Virus record (IMG/VR): IMGVR_UViG_2693430034_000001
Span: 1 to 64,000 of that record
DNA from: a virus
Lineage: Duplodnaviria; Caudoviricetes
DNA length: 64,000 nt
Strand: one strand, 5' to 3'
The notes below the pieces were generated by a model. That model had not been told where the DNA came from, ran no database searches, and worked only from the letters and a program-made list of their open reading frames with translations. Both the position numbers and the translations under genes were made by a program. Of this stretch, positions 38,693 to 47,973 are shown piece after piece. Within the stretch, counting starts at the first letter, position 1, and each line of letters starts with the position of its first letter.

Positions 38693-39108
38693 TATGCCCT
38701 CCCGCAGTCGAAGGAGCCTCCCGAGCGCCGGACGTTTGGATTGGTCGTTTCACCATTATCGTCGGTGGCCGGCGGAAGGCCGAGGCCAACCTTTCCGGTC
38801 GAAATCTTCTCAAGCAGCGCCAGCGCATCCTCGTAGCGCACCCGCATCTCGTCGGTGCGGCTCGTGCGTCCCAGGGCCATCTTGTAGACGGCGATGTCGA
38901 TCGCACAGTTCTTCACCACGCCAGGCGTGGGGACAACCGGGATCGTGTACTGGGCGGACAGGTAGGCGTCGCAAATCTCGTCAGCCGCCTCAAGACCCTT
39001 GTTGATGATCTCTGGGTCGGGCGTGCCGTCTCTGTTGTAGTCGGCTACCCGAACAAGCAGATCGGTGCCGTATAGATCATCGATGTCCTGCTTGCTCGCG
39101 TAACCCAT
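38692..39108 (-). CDS. Head-tail adaptor (DUF1320/Mu gp36-like)
   Basis: YA...D, DAYL..QY..P, DIAVY, RYEDA...LE.I..GK..LG. Confidence 0.9.
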   Translation of the reverse strand: MGYASKQDIDDLYGTDLLVRVADYNRDGTPDPEIINKGLEAADEICDAYLSAQYTIPVVPTPGVVKNCAIDIAVYKMALGRTSRTDEMRVRYEDALALLEKISTGKVGLGLPPATDDNGETTNPNVRRSGGSFDCGRA

Positions 39109-39120
39109 TGTCGTCGATCC

Positions 39121-39357
39121 TTACGTGGCAGAAACAGCCGCGCCGATAAGGATGCGCAACCAGGCGGTACCGTTCGAATAGGCGAGACACGCGGCGCCCG
39201 AAGCACCGTTCGAGACGTAGACGATCTTGCCAGCGTGCTTGGCAGCAGCCGGAAGACCGGCGACAGCGAACGAACTAGCGCGAACCGCGTCATCGAAGGC
39301 CTGGTTCAGGGATTCGGCGCCGATCTTACCGCGGGCAACCCCGGGGGAAATTGACAT
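39121..39357 (-). CDS. Small head-associated protein
   Basis: LPAA....G.IVYV.NG......AYSNGT.W. Confidence 0.6.
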   Translation of the reverse strand: MSISPGVARGKIGAESLNQAFDDAVRASSFAVAGLPAAAKHAGKIVYVSNGASGAACLAYSNGTAWLRILIGAAVSAT

Positions 39358-39385
39358 TGTTGCTTCCTCTCAGGACGCATGGGTC

Positions 39386-39727
39386 TCAGCCCTTGTCCTT
39401 GTTCTTGTTCTTTTTGCCTTTGCCGGCCTTGTCGCCGTTCTCGGACGTTTCGTCCTTAGCGGGTTCGGCTTCAACAGGTGTCTCGGTGGTATCACCGGAG
39501 GCCTGTTCAGCAGTGGCCGGCTCGATTTCAACCTTTTCGGTTTCGGCCGGCACGACTTCCGCAGCCTTCACAGCAACGGCGTCATCTTCGTCAGCCTCTC
39601 CGTGAAACGAAGTTCCAGGCAGAGTCGCTGCACGAGCGGCCCGCACGTCATTCGATACCAGCCGACGATCGCGGTAACGGTAGTTTGCAGCGGCCTCACG
39701 GGCTCGAAAGCCCTTCGCTCCATTCAT
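39386..39727 (-). CDS. Hypothetical low-complexity protein after capsid
   Basis: GGAG RBS; acidic then Lys-rich tail. Confidence 0.55.
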   Translation of the reverse strand: MNGAKGFRAREAAANYRYRDRRLVSNDVRAARAATLPGTSFHGEADEDDAVAVKAAEVVPAETEKVEIEPATAEQASGDTTETPVEAEPAKDETSENGDKAGKGKKNKNKDKG

Positions 39728-39747
39728 TCTCAAATCTCCAAATGCAC

Positions 39748-39781
39748 AAAGATCCCTCCCCGGTTTCCCGAGGAGGGTCTT
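39748..39781 (-). terminator. Terminator after major capsid gene
   Basis: AAGACCCTCC...GGAGGGATCTTT hairpin. Confidence 0.65.
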
Positions 39782-39813
39782 GTGTAGGTCTTCAACCGTC
39801 TGGGGTCAGACGA

Positions 39814-40794
39814 TTAGGCCGCCAGCTTGTGCTTGAAGGCCACGATCCGGATGATCTTCGGATCGTACACGCGCTGCCAGTTGGCGACATTCGCCAGCTC
39901 GCTGTTCGCGGGGGTGACGCCGGCCTGGGTGCCGCCGAGCCACTTGATGCCGCGGGGGTGCATGACCCACTGGCGCCGGTTGACGATGTATTCCTGGCCC
40001 ATGCCCTTCAGAGCCTGGCGCTCGACTTCCACCGGAACCTTCGGGCTCTTTTCGCCGAAGCCGATGGCGCCGGGGCCGAAGATGTAGGTGGTGAACACGC
40101 GGTTCGCGCCCGCGCCGGAAACCGGCATCGAGTCGTCGACCAGCACGGTCTTGCCCAGGTAGGTCGGGACCGTCAGCTTGCCCTGGCTGTCGGGCACGAA
40201 GTCGATCAGGTCGGCCTTCACCATCGCCTTCAGGGTCAGCGAGTGGACGGCAACGCCGTTCAGGCCACCCTGCTCGTCGCCGAGCAAGAACGCGGCGTCG
40301 ATGAAGGAGTCGGCGTCGAAGAACTCAGCGCCGCCGGTCAGGGCGGAGATGTCGCTGACGTTGGCTTCCATGCCGGTCGAGCCCATCGCACCACCGAGGG
40401 TCGCGAGCAGCGCGGTCTGCATGCGCTTGTTCCACCAGTCGGCGAAACGGTTGGCGATGGCTTCGATCGGGTCGGCGCCGGACAGGTCCGCCGCGAGGTC
40501 CGAGCTGCCGAACGCCTTACCGCGCAGAAGCTTCACGGCCACGTCCTGGCCGGTCGTCATCTTGCTGACGGTCAGATCGGTCGAATCGTCGAGCACCTGC
40601 TCGGCGTCCGAGGCGTCCAGATCGTTGAAGAACGGCATGTTGACCGTCTTGCCTTCGATCTCGGCGTTGATGACGCTGGTCAGGTCGGTGATGATGCCCG
40701 ACGTAAACAGTTCCGACTTCTGCGTCGAAAGGGTCTGAACGTACTTGTTGAACTTGGTCGGGACGATCATGTCCGACAGACGAGTCTCAGTCAT
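39814..40794 (-). CDS. Major capsid protein
   Basis: MPFFNDL, RGKAF, GADP, TYLG..V.VDD, HPRG. Confidence 0.92.
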   Translation of the reverse strand: MTETRLSDMIVPTKFNKYVQTLSTQKSELFTSGIITDLTSVINAEIEGKTVNMPFFNDLDASDAEQVLDDSTDLTVSKMTTGQDVAVKLLRGKAFGSSDLAADLSGADPIEAIANRFADWWNKRMQTALLATLGGAMGSTGMEANVSDISALTGGAEFFDADSFIDAAFLLGDEQGGLNGVAVHSLTLKAMVKADLIDFVPDSQGKLTVPTYLGKTVLVDDSMPVSGAGANRVFTTYIFGPGAIGFGEKSPKVPVEVERQALKGMGQEYIVNRRQWVMHPRGIKWLGGTQAGVTPANSELANVANWQRVYDPKIIRIVAFKHKLAA

Positions 40795-40889
40795 TTCTCA
40801 CTCTTGAGGTTGTGACTGGCCGCGCCGCTTTTGCATTCAAGCAAGCGTCCGGACAGAATCCGGGCGCCTGCATGTTGGATGGCGTGAGG

Positions 40890-41777
40890 TTAAGCCTTCA
40901 CGCCGGCCGCTGCTGAGAGCTGCTTGGCCAAATCAGGTTTGGTGTTTTCCAGCACCATTTGCTGGGTAAGGTTCCAGGTGTCCTTGGCCCAGGGGTTCAC
41001 GACCCCACCGGCCGGAGGACTACCGTTGTTGCCCGGGGGCACCCCGAGGCCACGCTTCTCGTCGGGCTTGAAGAGAGACGCACTCTTTTCGCGAACCTCG
41101 GCAACGAGGTCGGCGACGGTGAAGGGAGTACCGTTGTGGTCCTTGATGCGCGGGTTGCCGTTGGTGTCGAGAACCTCGACGACGACCTTCCCGTCCTTCA
41201 TGGACGTCTTGACGAACTTGCCCACCAGGAGTTCGACGGCATCCCGCGCGTCGTCCAGTGGGTTGGATTTGGCGACTTCGTCCTTGATTTGGTTGTCCCG
41301 CATCAAGTTCTGAAGCTGCCCCGTCAGGCTTTCGATCGTAGCCTTTCCGCCGTTCACCATCGAGGTCAACTCGGTCTCACGCAGGTTGAACTGCGCGGTG
41401 AGCTGGCCCCGGAGGGTGTCGAGCTTGGTGGACGCGATCTGTTCCGCCTGCTTCTCGGGATCGAGTGCAGTCAGTCGAGTTGCCGTTTCGACCGCCGTCT
41501 TGGCGGCTTCCGGCGTGATGTCACCGAAGGCGGCAATGCGCTCGATCGCAGTGCGAGCCGCGGTTGCATCCAGGCCTTCGTAGGGCTTCAACTGCGCGGT
41601 CAGAGTGGCAACGGAGTTGCGTTCTGCGCCGAGCGCGGTCTTGAGGCCCGTAACGTTGTCGAGTTGGAAACCATCGACCGGCGTGACGTTGAGGAAGAAC
41701 TTGCCGTCCTTCTGCACGTAAAAGCCGCGGTGGCCCTCGTCGATTTCATTGATATCAATAACGACTGCTTTGAGCAT
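40890..41777 (-). CDS. Capsid scaffolding protein
   Basis: Coiled coil, GLKTAL..ER, terminal NPW.K...NLT.Q; directly upstream of capsid. Confidence 0.85.
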   Translation of the reverse strand: MLKAVVIDINEIDEGHRGFYVQKDGKFFLNVTPVDGFQLDNVTGLKTALGAERNSVATLTAQLKPYEGLDATAARTAIERIAAFGDITPEAAKTAVETATRLTALDPEKQAEQIASTKLDTLRGQLTAQFNLRETELTSMVNGGKATIESLTGQLQNLMRDNQIKDEVAKSNPLDDARDAVELLVGKFVKTSMKDGKVVVEVLDTNGNPRIKDHNGTPFTVADLVAEVREKSASLFKPDEKRGLGVPPGNNGSPPAGGVVNPWAKDTWNLTQQMVLENTKPDLAKQLSAAAGVKA

Positions 41778-41849
41778 ATCCATCCCGGAAATGCGGGGCA
41801 TCCCGCCCCTCGTGATAAAAGGACCCTGGGGCATCCCGCCTTCGGGTCC
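41775..41849 (-). promoter_or_regulatory. Three GGGAU-loop hairpins in scaffold mRNA leader
   Basis: GGACCC..GGC-GGGAT-GCC..GGGTCC; GGGGC-GGGAT-GCCCC; CATTTCC-GGGAT-GGATATG (contains start codon). Confidence 0.7.
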
Positions 41850-41947
41850 GGTGATATCCCCGAGGAGTTCGGGGAATCGGAGTTGCCAGCGGCGATCGGT
41901 TCGAGGCCGTCCCGGCGCTCGATCGGTCATTGCTGGCGAATAGGAAT

Positions 41948-42055
41948 TGGTCAGCGGCGGCGCGGGCGTGCGACGCGCTCTTGGTTATCTCTGTTCGTCT
42001 TGTGCGGGATGCGAACTGAGACCGCTGACACCGCGCTCAACCAAGAGGGAGCGCG
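41948..42055 (-). ncRNA. Candidate structured RNA (three-way junction, pseudoknot, 3' CCA)
   Basis: GTCAGCGG/CCGCTGAC closing stem; 9-nt loop-linker complementarity CTCTTGGTT/AACCAAGAG. Confidence 0.5.
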
Positions 42056-42098
42056 ATCTGGTAGGGTTCTCGGCCGCAGCCCTCGAAGGCGCAGGCAC

Positions 42099-42134
42099 AA
42101 AGAAAAACCCGCCCAGGACGTCCTGAGCGGGCTT
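42099..42134 (-). terminator. Rho-independent terminator
   Basis: AAGCCCGCTCAGGA-CG-TCCTGGGCGGGTT followed by TTTCTTT. Confidence 0.8.
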
Positions 42135-42159
42135 GAATTGTGGTTTGGCGAGGATCAGG

Positions 42160-42450
42160 TCACGCGGCGCGAAGCTGCTCGGTCGTGACGACGACTTCGA
42201 AGTCCATTTCGAACTTCTCGGGCTTCTCGAACCCGATGGAATTGTCTTGGTAGAGGACGACGACGTCGCCTGCAGCGCACTGCTGGACGCCCCAGTCGGT
42301 TCGCATCGTGAGCCCGCCGAGGCGGTTGATCTCCAGATCGCCCGTTTGCAGGCGGCTCACCAGCCAATGCGGCGGCGTCTCGTCAGCAGCGCGTCCCCAA
42401 AGTGGCAATTTGAACGCCTGGACGAGGAGTTTGCGGGAGAAGAGCTGCAC
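42160..42450 (-). CDS. Moron-like hypothetical gene with own promoter and terminator
   Basis: GGAG RBS plus GTG; VQAF...P.W...G......GD.V motif. Confidence 0.7.
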   Translation of the reverse strand: MQLFSRKLLVQAFKLPLWGRAADETPPHWLVSRLQTGDLEINRLGGLTMRTDWGVQQCAAGDVVVLYQDNSIGFEKPEKFEMDFEVVVTTEQLRAA

Positions 42451-42461
42451 GGTCACTCCAT

Positions 42462-42530
42462 TTGCATTTAAGCAAATGATTAAGCACAGCACCCGCCTTT
42501 TGTCAAGGCGAACGTTTTGCCTGTATGCAA
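42462..42530 (-). promoter_or_regulatory. sigma70 promoter flanked by two TTGC-N6-GCAA operators
   Basis: TTGACA (42506-42501)-N17-TTAATC; operators 42462-42475 and 42517-42530. Confidence 0.7.
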
Positions 42531-42534
42531 ATAC

Positions 42535-42768
42535 CTAGCGCCCCAGGATGAACCAGACCAAGCCGATCAGAAGCAGGAACGCAATGCCCGGCGCGAAGAA
42601 GTCGAACGACTGCATCCGGCGCATCGCGCGGAGGTCTGAAGCCATTTGCTTGACCAGTGGATCCTGGATCGACTTGGAGGGCATGGGCGGCTGTTCACTT
42701 AATGGCTCGCAGCCGGTCCTTGCCTGATGCTCCAGATCGAGAATCCTTTGCCAGCGGGGCTTTGACAT
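42535..42768 (-). CDS. Small membrane protein
   Basis: C-terminal TM helix. Confidence 0.55.
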   Translation of the reverse strand: MSKPRWQRILDLEHQARTGCEPLSEQPPMPSKSIQDPLVKQMASDLRAMRRMQSFDFFAPGIAFLLLIGLVWFILGR

Positions 42769-42970
42769 CTACCGGACTCCTCGTCTTCGCGTCGAATTTG
42801 GGCTCGAAGCAGATCGGGCAGCAGAAGTATTCAGGCCCCACCAGTTTGCCGAACACCACGACCGACTTGGGAATCATCCGCACGAGTTCCCGCACCACTG
42901 TGCCCTGCCTCATCGAGCAGGGATCACAGCGGTATTCGGAAATTTCTAGCTTCAGGGTCAAGTCAGCCAT
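42695..42970 (-). CDS. Small Cys-motif protein
   Basis: CDPC...CCPIC. Confidence 0.5.
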   Translation of the reverse strand: MADLTLKLEISEYRCDPCSMRQGTVVRELVRMIPKSVVVFGKLVGPEYFCCPICFEPKFDAKTRSPVDVKAPLAKDSRSGASGKDRLRAIK

Positions 42971-43009
42971 GGGGTGGCGTCGATAGCATTTCCGTTTGCC
43001 GGATGTCAA

Positions 43010-44614
43010 TCAGATTTGCTTTTTCGGACGCAACTGACCGGGAGGAAAGTTCGGAAGAGGCTGTTTGCTTCCGCTCGCCGGAGTAGTGTTTGCAGGGGCT
43101 GCGGCTGCCGCTGCACCTGGCTCCTTGGCAGGATCGGCCTGGGTCCACCGGCCCGGCAGCATGCCGTCCGCGGCGAGCATGTTGGCATCATCGACCGCCT
43201 TCCAGAAGGCCAGCTCGTCTTGCAGGTTGAAGTCGTCACCAAGCAGATTGCGGTTTCGCACTTCGGTGAGCAGAACCTCGCGGGACAGACCGCGCTCTTC
43301 CCACATCTTCACCAGCTGGGCGACTTCGAGCAGCCGGTCCTTGGTGTTCGAGAACTCCGTATTCAGCAGGGCGGTGACCATACTCAGGTCTTTTCCGGTC
43401 CATTGCCCCATGAAGCGGAGCGCCTTCTCGATCGTGTCCTGGCAGTTGATCGCCATGTCGTGGACGACCGAATGCACCCGGGTCTCCTGGATGTCGCGCT
43501 CGTTCTGCGGAACGTACTGACGGTGCGTGCCCGTCACCGGGTTGAGCGCCATCATGTCCATCTGCATTTCGAGCTTGTCGAGATCCTTGGCGCCGGACTC
43601 GATCGCCGTGCCCTTGGGCTCGACGAAGTACCAGCGGCCATTGGCCTCGGGCGCGTAGAGCACCTTGTAGGGACCGATCGCGAACTGCTTCTCGTCTTCC
43701 GGGTCGATCTGGACGCCGGAGCATGCGAGCATGGGAAAGCGCGCGGCCGACAGGATCGATCGCTGATCCGAGCTGGAGATCCAGTGCTCGATCTGCTTAT
43801 AGGCCAGATCGATAAACACCGGCCTGACCTGATAGTCCGCCTCCTTTTCGCCGGCATAGAGCGTGGCGAAAGGAACCTCTGCCATGTTGTTCAGTGGCGT
43901 CTCGCCGATGAAGTCCCAGTTCGAGCCACCCGACGTCGCTTTCTGCTCCCAGAGCTGAACAATGCCGGATGTCTTCGACGGGTCGATCTCGATCACCCGC
44001 ATCTGGTTGTACAGCACTTCCTTGAAGCCGTCGCGCGCCGCCCGCTGACCGCGGATGCGGACGTGAACGGTCTTGGTGTCGCCGCCGACATACTGGTCAT
44101 AGGCTGCTGCCACGTCGTCGACCTTGAACAGCTTCATGAACGGCCGGGCGCCGGACGCCTTCTGGGCGGCCAGGTTCGGCAGATTGTAAGTGTCAGGGTG
44201 ATCGACCAGGATGTGGCACATGCCGTCGAGCATGGCATTGTTGAAGAATTGGTGGGCGAAGACGTGCAGGTGCGTGCCTTGTAGGTCGATGTCCTGGGTC
44301 CAGAGATCAACATCCGGATCGGTGTTGTTGAGTACCCTGAGCAGCGTGCGGAACGGCTTGGCAGAAGCGGCATCCACCGCCTCCCTCAGCTTGTTCAGTG
44401 CGAAGGTCGAGGCGAGCCGCGTGTTGTAGCGAGCGTCCGACTCCTTTTCGTACTGCGGCAGGAAGGTCTTGTCCTTGGCGCGCATCGTCTCGGTGCCGCC
44501 GTAGACGGCGCGAAGCATTGCCGTGCGGTTCTGCATCGTGGTGGCAGCTGCCGAAAGCAGGCCGGGATTGCCGGCCTGGGGAGACGGCACGTAATTGGCA
44601 GTTGTGTCAGCCAT
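43010..44614 (-). CDS. Portal protein (DUF4055-like)
   Basis: GGT.TMR.....LPQ..KE....Y..RL; follows terminase. Confidence 0.9.
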   Translation of the reverse strand: MADTTANYVPSPQAGNPGLLSAAATTMQNRTAMLRAVYGGTETMRAKDKTFLPQYEKESDARYNTRLASTFALNKLREAVDAASAKPFRTLLRVLNNTDPDVDLWTQDIDLQGTHLHVFAHQFFNNAMLDGMCHILVDHPDTYNLPNLAAQKASGARPFMKLFKVDDVAAAYDQYVGGDTKTVHVRIRGQRAARDGFKEVLYNQMRVIEIDPSKTSGIVQLWEQKATSGGSNWDFIGETPLNNMAEVPFATLYAGEKEADYQVRPVFIDLAYKQIEHWISSSDQRSILSAARFPMLACSGVQIDPEDEKQFAIGPYKVLYAPEANGRWYFVEPKGTAIESGAKDLDKLEMQMDMMALNPVTGTHRQYVPQNERDIQETRVHSVVHDMAINCQDTIEKALRFMGQWTGKDLSMVTALLNTEFSNTKDRLLEVAQLVKMWEERGLSREVLLTEVRNRNLLGDDFNLQDELAFWKAVDDANMLAADGMLPGRWTQADPAKEPGAAAAAAPANTTPASGSKQPLPNFPPGQLRPKKQI

Positions 44615-44632
44615 TGTTTTGGGTGGTCCTCG

Positions 44633-46096
44633 TTACCAGTCGAGAACTGCGGCCCGTCTCGGTCCGAGCAGAGAGTTGAAGGCATCGGAAGCGGCGTCGA
44701 CCTGGTCGTCGTTGACGCCAAGCGGGAACATTTCCAATTCGTCGGTGAAGCACTGATTCCAGTGTCCCTTCACCATCTTCACATTCTTTGCCTCGCACTG
44801 CGCAGCGAATGCGGCAGCACGGGTTTCTTTCGGTCCGGTGGGGCGAACAGCCTTGACGATGTAGCCGGCGAGCCGGCGGATGAAGCTTTGGGCCTGGCTC
44901 TTTCCAGCCTGGCCGGGGTCTTGCGGAAGAATGATCTGGACAGACCGGCCGTCGCTCTTGGCGGTCTCAAAGATTTTCTTCTCGACGCCGAGCGGTGTGT
45001 CGCGAAAGCGGATCACGTTCTCGATGTAGAAGATGCCGTTGGCGTCCTTGGACATCAGGATGCCGACCGTGTAGTCGCCGTCCGCAGATGCAGCCAAGTC
45101 CCAGGCACGAACTCGCACGCGCTTGGCCGGAAGCTCGGTGGGAGCGTCGAACCAGTCGGCGCGGAACATGCCTCCGTCGTCAGCCATCGGCTGCTGCTGG
45201 TAGAGCGCAGAGAACGAACGCTCGCCAAGAACGTCCTGGCGGTCCCTCAGCGCATTGATCGAGAAGCGCCGCGGAGCCAATGGCTCGTTAGGCTTGCGTC
45301 CGAGCGGGTCGCCAGGAACGGTACCGTCCTCATTGAGGATCAGCTCTTTGGTGCCGTCCTCGCGCTCGATCGACTTGGTGTAGGGAAGCGCCGGCAAATA
45401 CAGGATCTCCCAGGGGAGACCTTTGCCGTCGTTCATCAGCTCGATCAGCCGGCCGGCGATGTCGTCGTAGTGCCACCGCGTCAGGGTGAGAACGATTGCT
45501 GCGTCCTCTTCGAGACGGGTGTAGACGACGTCGCGGTACCAATTCCACTGGTCTTCCCGGAACGATGCCGAGTTGACTTCCTTGCGGTCTTTGATCGGAT
45601 CGTCGATCAGGAAGAGATGGGCACCCTTACCGGTGGTACCGGTGCCGACGCCGACCGCGAAGTATTTGCCGCCCTGCTCCAGCTCCCATTCATCGGCCGC
45701 TCGGTTATCCGAACGGATCTTGATGTCGGGGAACAGGATGGGAAATTCTTTGCCGCGAACGATGTTGCGGACGTCACGGCCGAAGGTCGTGGCGAAGTCG
45801 CCATTGTAGGATGCCGAGATGACGTTCTTCTCGGGATTGCGGGCCATGTAGTAGGCCGGGAAGCGTCGGGTCGACAGCTCGCTCTTGCCGTGCCGCGGAG
45901 GCGCAAAGAGCATGAGACGCTTGATCTCGCCGCGCTCAACTGCCTCCAGCTTTTCCGCCACCAGGTGGTGGAAAGGGTCAGCGTTGTATTTTGGCAGCGT
46001 GTATTCGGTGAAGCCGATCAGCCGCTCGCGGCCCCTCCTGCGACGCAGGATTTCGGCCGCTGCCTCCTCGGGGGAGACATCGGTGAGTGATTGCAC
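44633..46096 (-). CDS. terL: Terminase large subunit
   Basis: APPRHGKSE, TGKGA, IDDPIKD, TRWH..D, WDLA, DDQVDA. Confidence 0.95.
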   Translation of the reverse strand: MQSLTDVSPEEAAAEILRRRRGRERLIGFTEYTLPKYNADPFHHLVAEKLEAVERGEIKRLMLFAPPRHGKSELSTRRFPAYYMARNPEKNVISASYNGDFATTFGRDVRNIVRGKEFPILFPDIKIRSDNRAADEWELEQGGKYFAVGVGTGTTGKGAHLFLIDDPIKDRKEVNSASFREDQWNWYRDVVYTRLEEDAAIVLTLTRWHYDDIAGRLIELMNDGKGLPWEILYLPALPYTKSIEREDGTKELILNEDGTVPGDPLGRKPNEPLAPRRFSINALRDRQDVLGERSFSALYQQQPMADDGGMFRADWFDAPTELPAKRVRVRAWDLAASADGDYTVGILMSKDANGIFYIENVIRFRDTPLGVEKKIFETAKSDGRSVQIILPQDPGQAGKSQAQSFIRRLAGYIVKAVRPTGPKETRAAAFAAQCEAKNVKMVKGHWNQCFTDELEMFPLGVNDDQVDAASDAFNSLLGPRRAAVLDW

Positions 46097-46113
46097 TGGA
46101 TTTCCGTGGTTTA

Positions 46114-46430
46114 GACTCCGGTCGAGGCGCAAAGCGCTAATGCCCCCGAAGCGGCAACTCGACCAGAGTGAGGAATGTTTGAGGGCTGTCCCGCAGGAGC
46201 AGCCCACGAGCTTGCGCTCGTCGTGCGCCGAAGCGCAAAAAAGACGGCCCCACGCCCGCTGGCCAAGCGGATCGTCCTGTCAATTCAGGACTTGGTGTTG
46301 CGGTCGATCGTCACCGGGTAACAGGAATATCCGGCTGCCACGATCGATCCCGTCAGGGGACTTGTTCTCGGTGAATGGTGAACGGCCGGCACACATACGT
46401 CGTGCCTTTGGTTATCTCGCAGAGCCGTCC
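46114..46430 (-). ncRNA. Candidate structured RNA(s) in leader of terL
   Basis: Dense hairpins with C(UUCG)G and GCAA tetraloops and G-U pairs on the minus strand; internal U-tract. Confidence 0.6.
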
Positions 46431-46435
46431 AATTC

Positions 46436-47362
46436 TTACTTGATGTTCAGCTTCGCAGCTTCGAACGCCTTCTTGGTGTCGTTCAGCCACTTGTTGACCT
46501 TGCCCTTCATGACGAAGGACTCGCCGTTCTTGGCGTAGTCGGCGAAGGTGGCGTTTGCGGCCTCGACGTATTCGGTGGCGCGCTCGTCCAGCTTGGCGAT
46601 GTCGATACGGAAGTCGGCGCCGGACAGCACGTCGGTCGACACGCCAGCGATGCCCTTGAAGAAGGCGGCGTCGTTGGTGTGGTTGGTCACGACGAAGTGC
46701 CGGACACCTTGCAACAGCTTGGCGGTTCCTTCGATCTCGTTGAACGACTGGATCGTGCTGCCGATGACGTGCAGAACCGATACGTTCAGCTTGCCTTCCG
46801 TGACCAGGTCAAAGAACGCGATGTCCGTGAGCAGCTCCAGCGTCGGCGTCAGCAGGCCGGCCTGGATGTCGATGACGGTGACGTCGTTCTTGCCGACCGT
46901 ATCGAACACCTTGATCTGGTCGTCCGAGGTCGACAGGTTCACGACTTCGGTTTCGGCTGGGAAGAAGCGCTTCAGGTTGCCATCGGGCTGCTGAGTGTCG
47001 AATGCACGAACGGTCGCGCCCTGAGCCTTGAAGTAGTCCATGACGGCGCGGGAGACGAAGGTTTTGCCAACGCCGCCCTTGTCGGCGCCGACGATTACAA
47101 CGTGGGGAAGCCCCATTCGAATTCTATCCTCTTTTTTGGTTTGAACGACCTTTGGATGGTCGCGGTCTATGATGACCTTCGGCTGCTCGATCGGCGCAGG
47201 CGCTTCGGTGGTCCTGGGCTCTTCGACCGGCTTTTGGTCAGTGGTTTCCCGCCGGCTGGCGGAATAGTTGGCGCGGTGCCAGAGACTCTTCTCCAGAGCC
47301 TCCTGCCGTTGCCGGCGCGCTACTTCGGAAAGTCCCTGGGATCTGCGACGGTCGTAGTTCAT
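46436..47362 (-). CDS. ParA/MinD-like P-loop NTPase with N-terminal extension
   Basis: Deviant Walker A KGGVGKT, FDT, VID. Confidence 0.8.
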   Translation of the reverse strand: MNYDRRRSQGLSEVARRQRQEALEKSLWHRANYSASRRETTDQKPVEEPRTTEAPAPIEQPKVIIDRDHPKVVQTKKEDRIRMGLPHVVIVGADKGGVGKTFVSRAVMDYFKAQGATVRAFDTQQPDGNLKRFFPAETEVVNLSTSDDQIKVFDTVGKNDVTVIDIQAGLLTPTLELLTDIAFFDLVTEGKLNVSVLHVIGSTIQSFNEIEGTAKLLQGVRHFVVTNHTNDAAFFKGIAGVSTDVLSGADFRIDIAKLDERATEYVEAANATFADYAKNGESFVMKGKVNKWLNDTKKAFEAAKLNIK

Positions 47363-47401
47363 CAGGGATCCCTTACTTCGGTGATCAGAACATGAGCCGC
47401 G

Positions 47402-47941
47402 TCAGTTCAGCTTTTCCTTTGGAGTGGGCTTGGGCGCTGGCACGCCGCGGGATGCAATCTCGAGGAGCTGATCCTCGGTCATCTGGGACGCTTCGGACTT
47501 GACGTTCTGGTTGATGGTGCTCTCGTCCTTCTGGGCGAGGTAGTTCTTGCCAAGGAAGATGGCGGCCGGCGCGTTCTTGTCGGCAAGCGACAGCTGCTTG
47601 CGGCGCAGCGACACTTTCGCGTGCTGCAGGCCGTCGTCCCAGACTTCGCGAGCCTCTGGATATTCGTTCAGGAAGTTTCCAAACGTCTTCTTGCAGACGC
47701 CGAGGACGCCAGCGACCTCTTCCTGGGTGCAGAACAGCTTTGCCAGCTCCCCGATGGTGCGCAGCGTATCCTCCTCTGGCTGGAGCTTGGTGTTGCGGCG
47801 TTTGATCGGTTGAGCCAGCACCTCGTCGAGGAATGCGGTCTCCTCGTTATCCTTCTTAGCCTTGTCCTTGACGGCTGCCTCGCGGGCAGCCTTCTCCTCG
47901 TTCGTCGGTCGACCCCGGCGACGCGGCGGCAGATCAGTCAT
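47402..47941 (-). CDS. terS: Terminase small subunit
   Basis: RGRP, HTH CTQEEVA..LGV, SLRRKQ, IFLGKNYL.Q. Confidence 0.8.
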   Translation of the reverse strand: MTDLPPRRRGRPTNEEKAAREAAVKDKAKKDNEETAFLDEVLAQPIKRRNTKLQPEEDTLRTIGELAKLFCTQEEVAGVLGVCKKTFGNFLNEYPEAREVWDDGLQHAKVSLRRKQLSLADKNAPAAIFLGKNYLAQKDESTINQNVKSEASQMTEDQLLEIASRGVPAPKPTPKEKLN

Positions 47942-47973
47942 GTTGTTGTTCTTTCTTGCGACTGAGTTTGTAA

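Noticed and set aside
46114-46430. Group I or II intron associated with terL
   Set aside because: terL is uninterrupted and I could not identify intron core motifs; kept as an unclassified ncRNA
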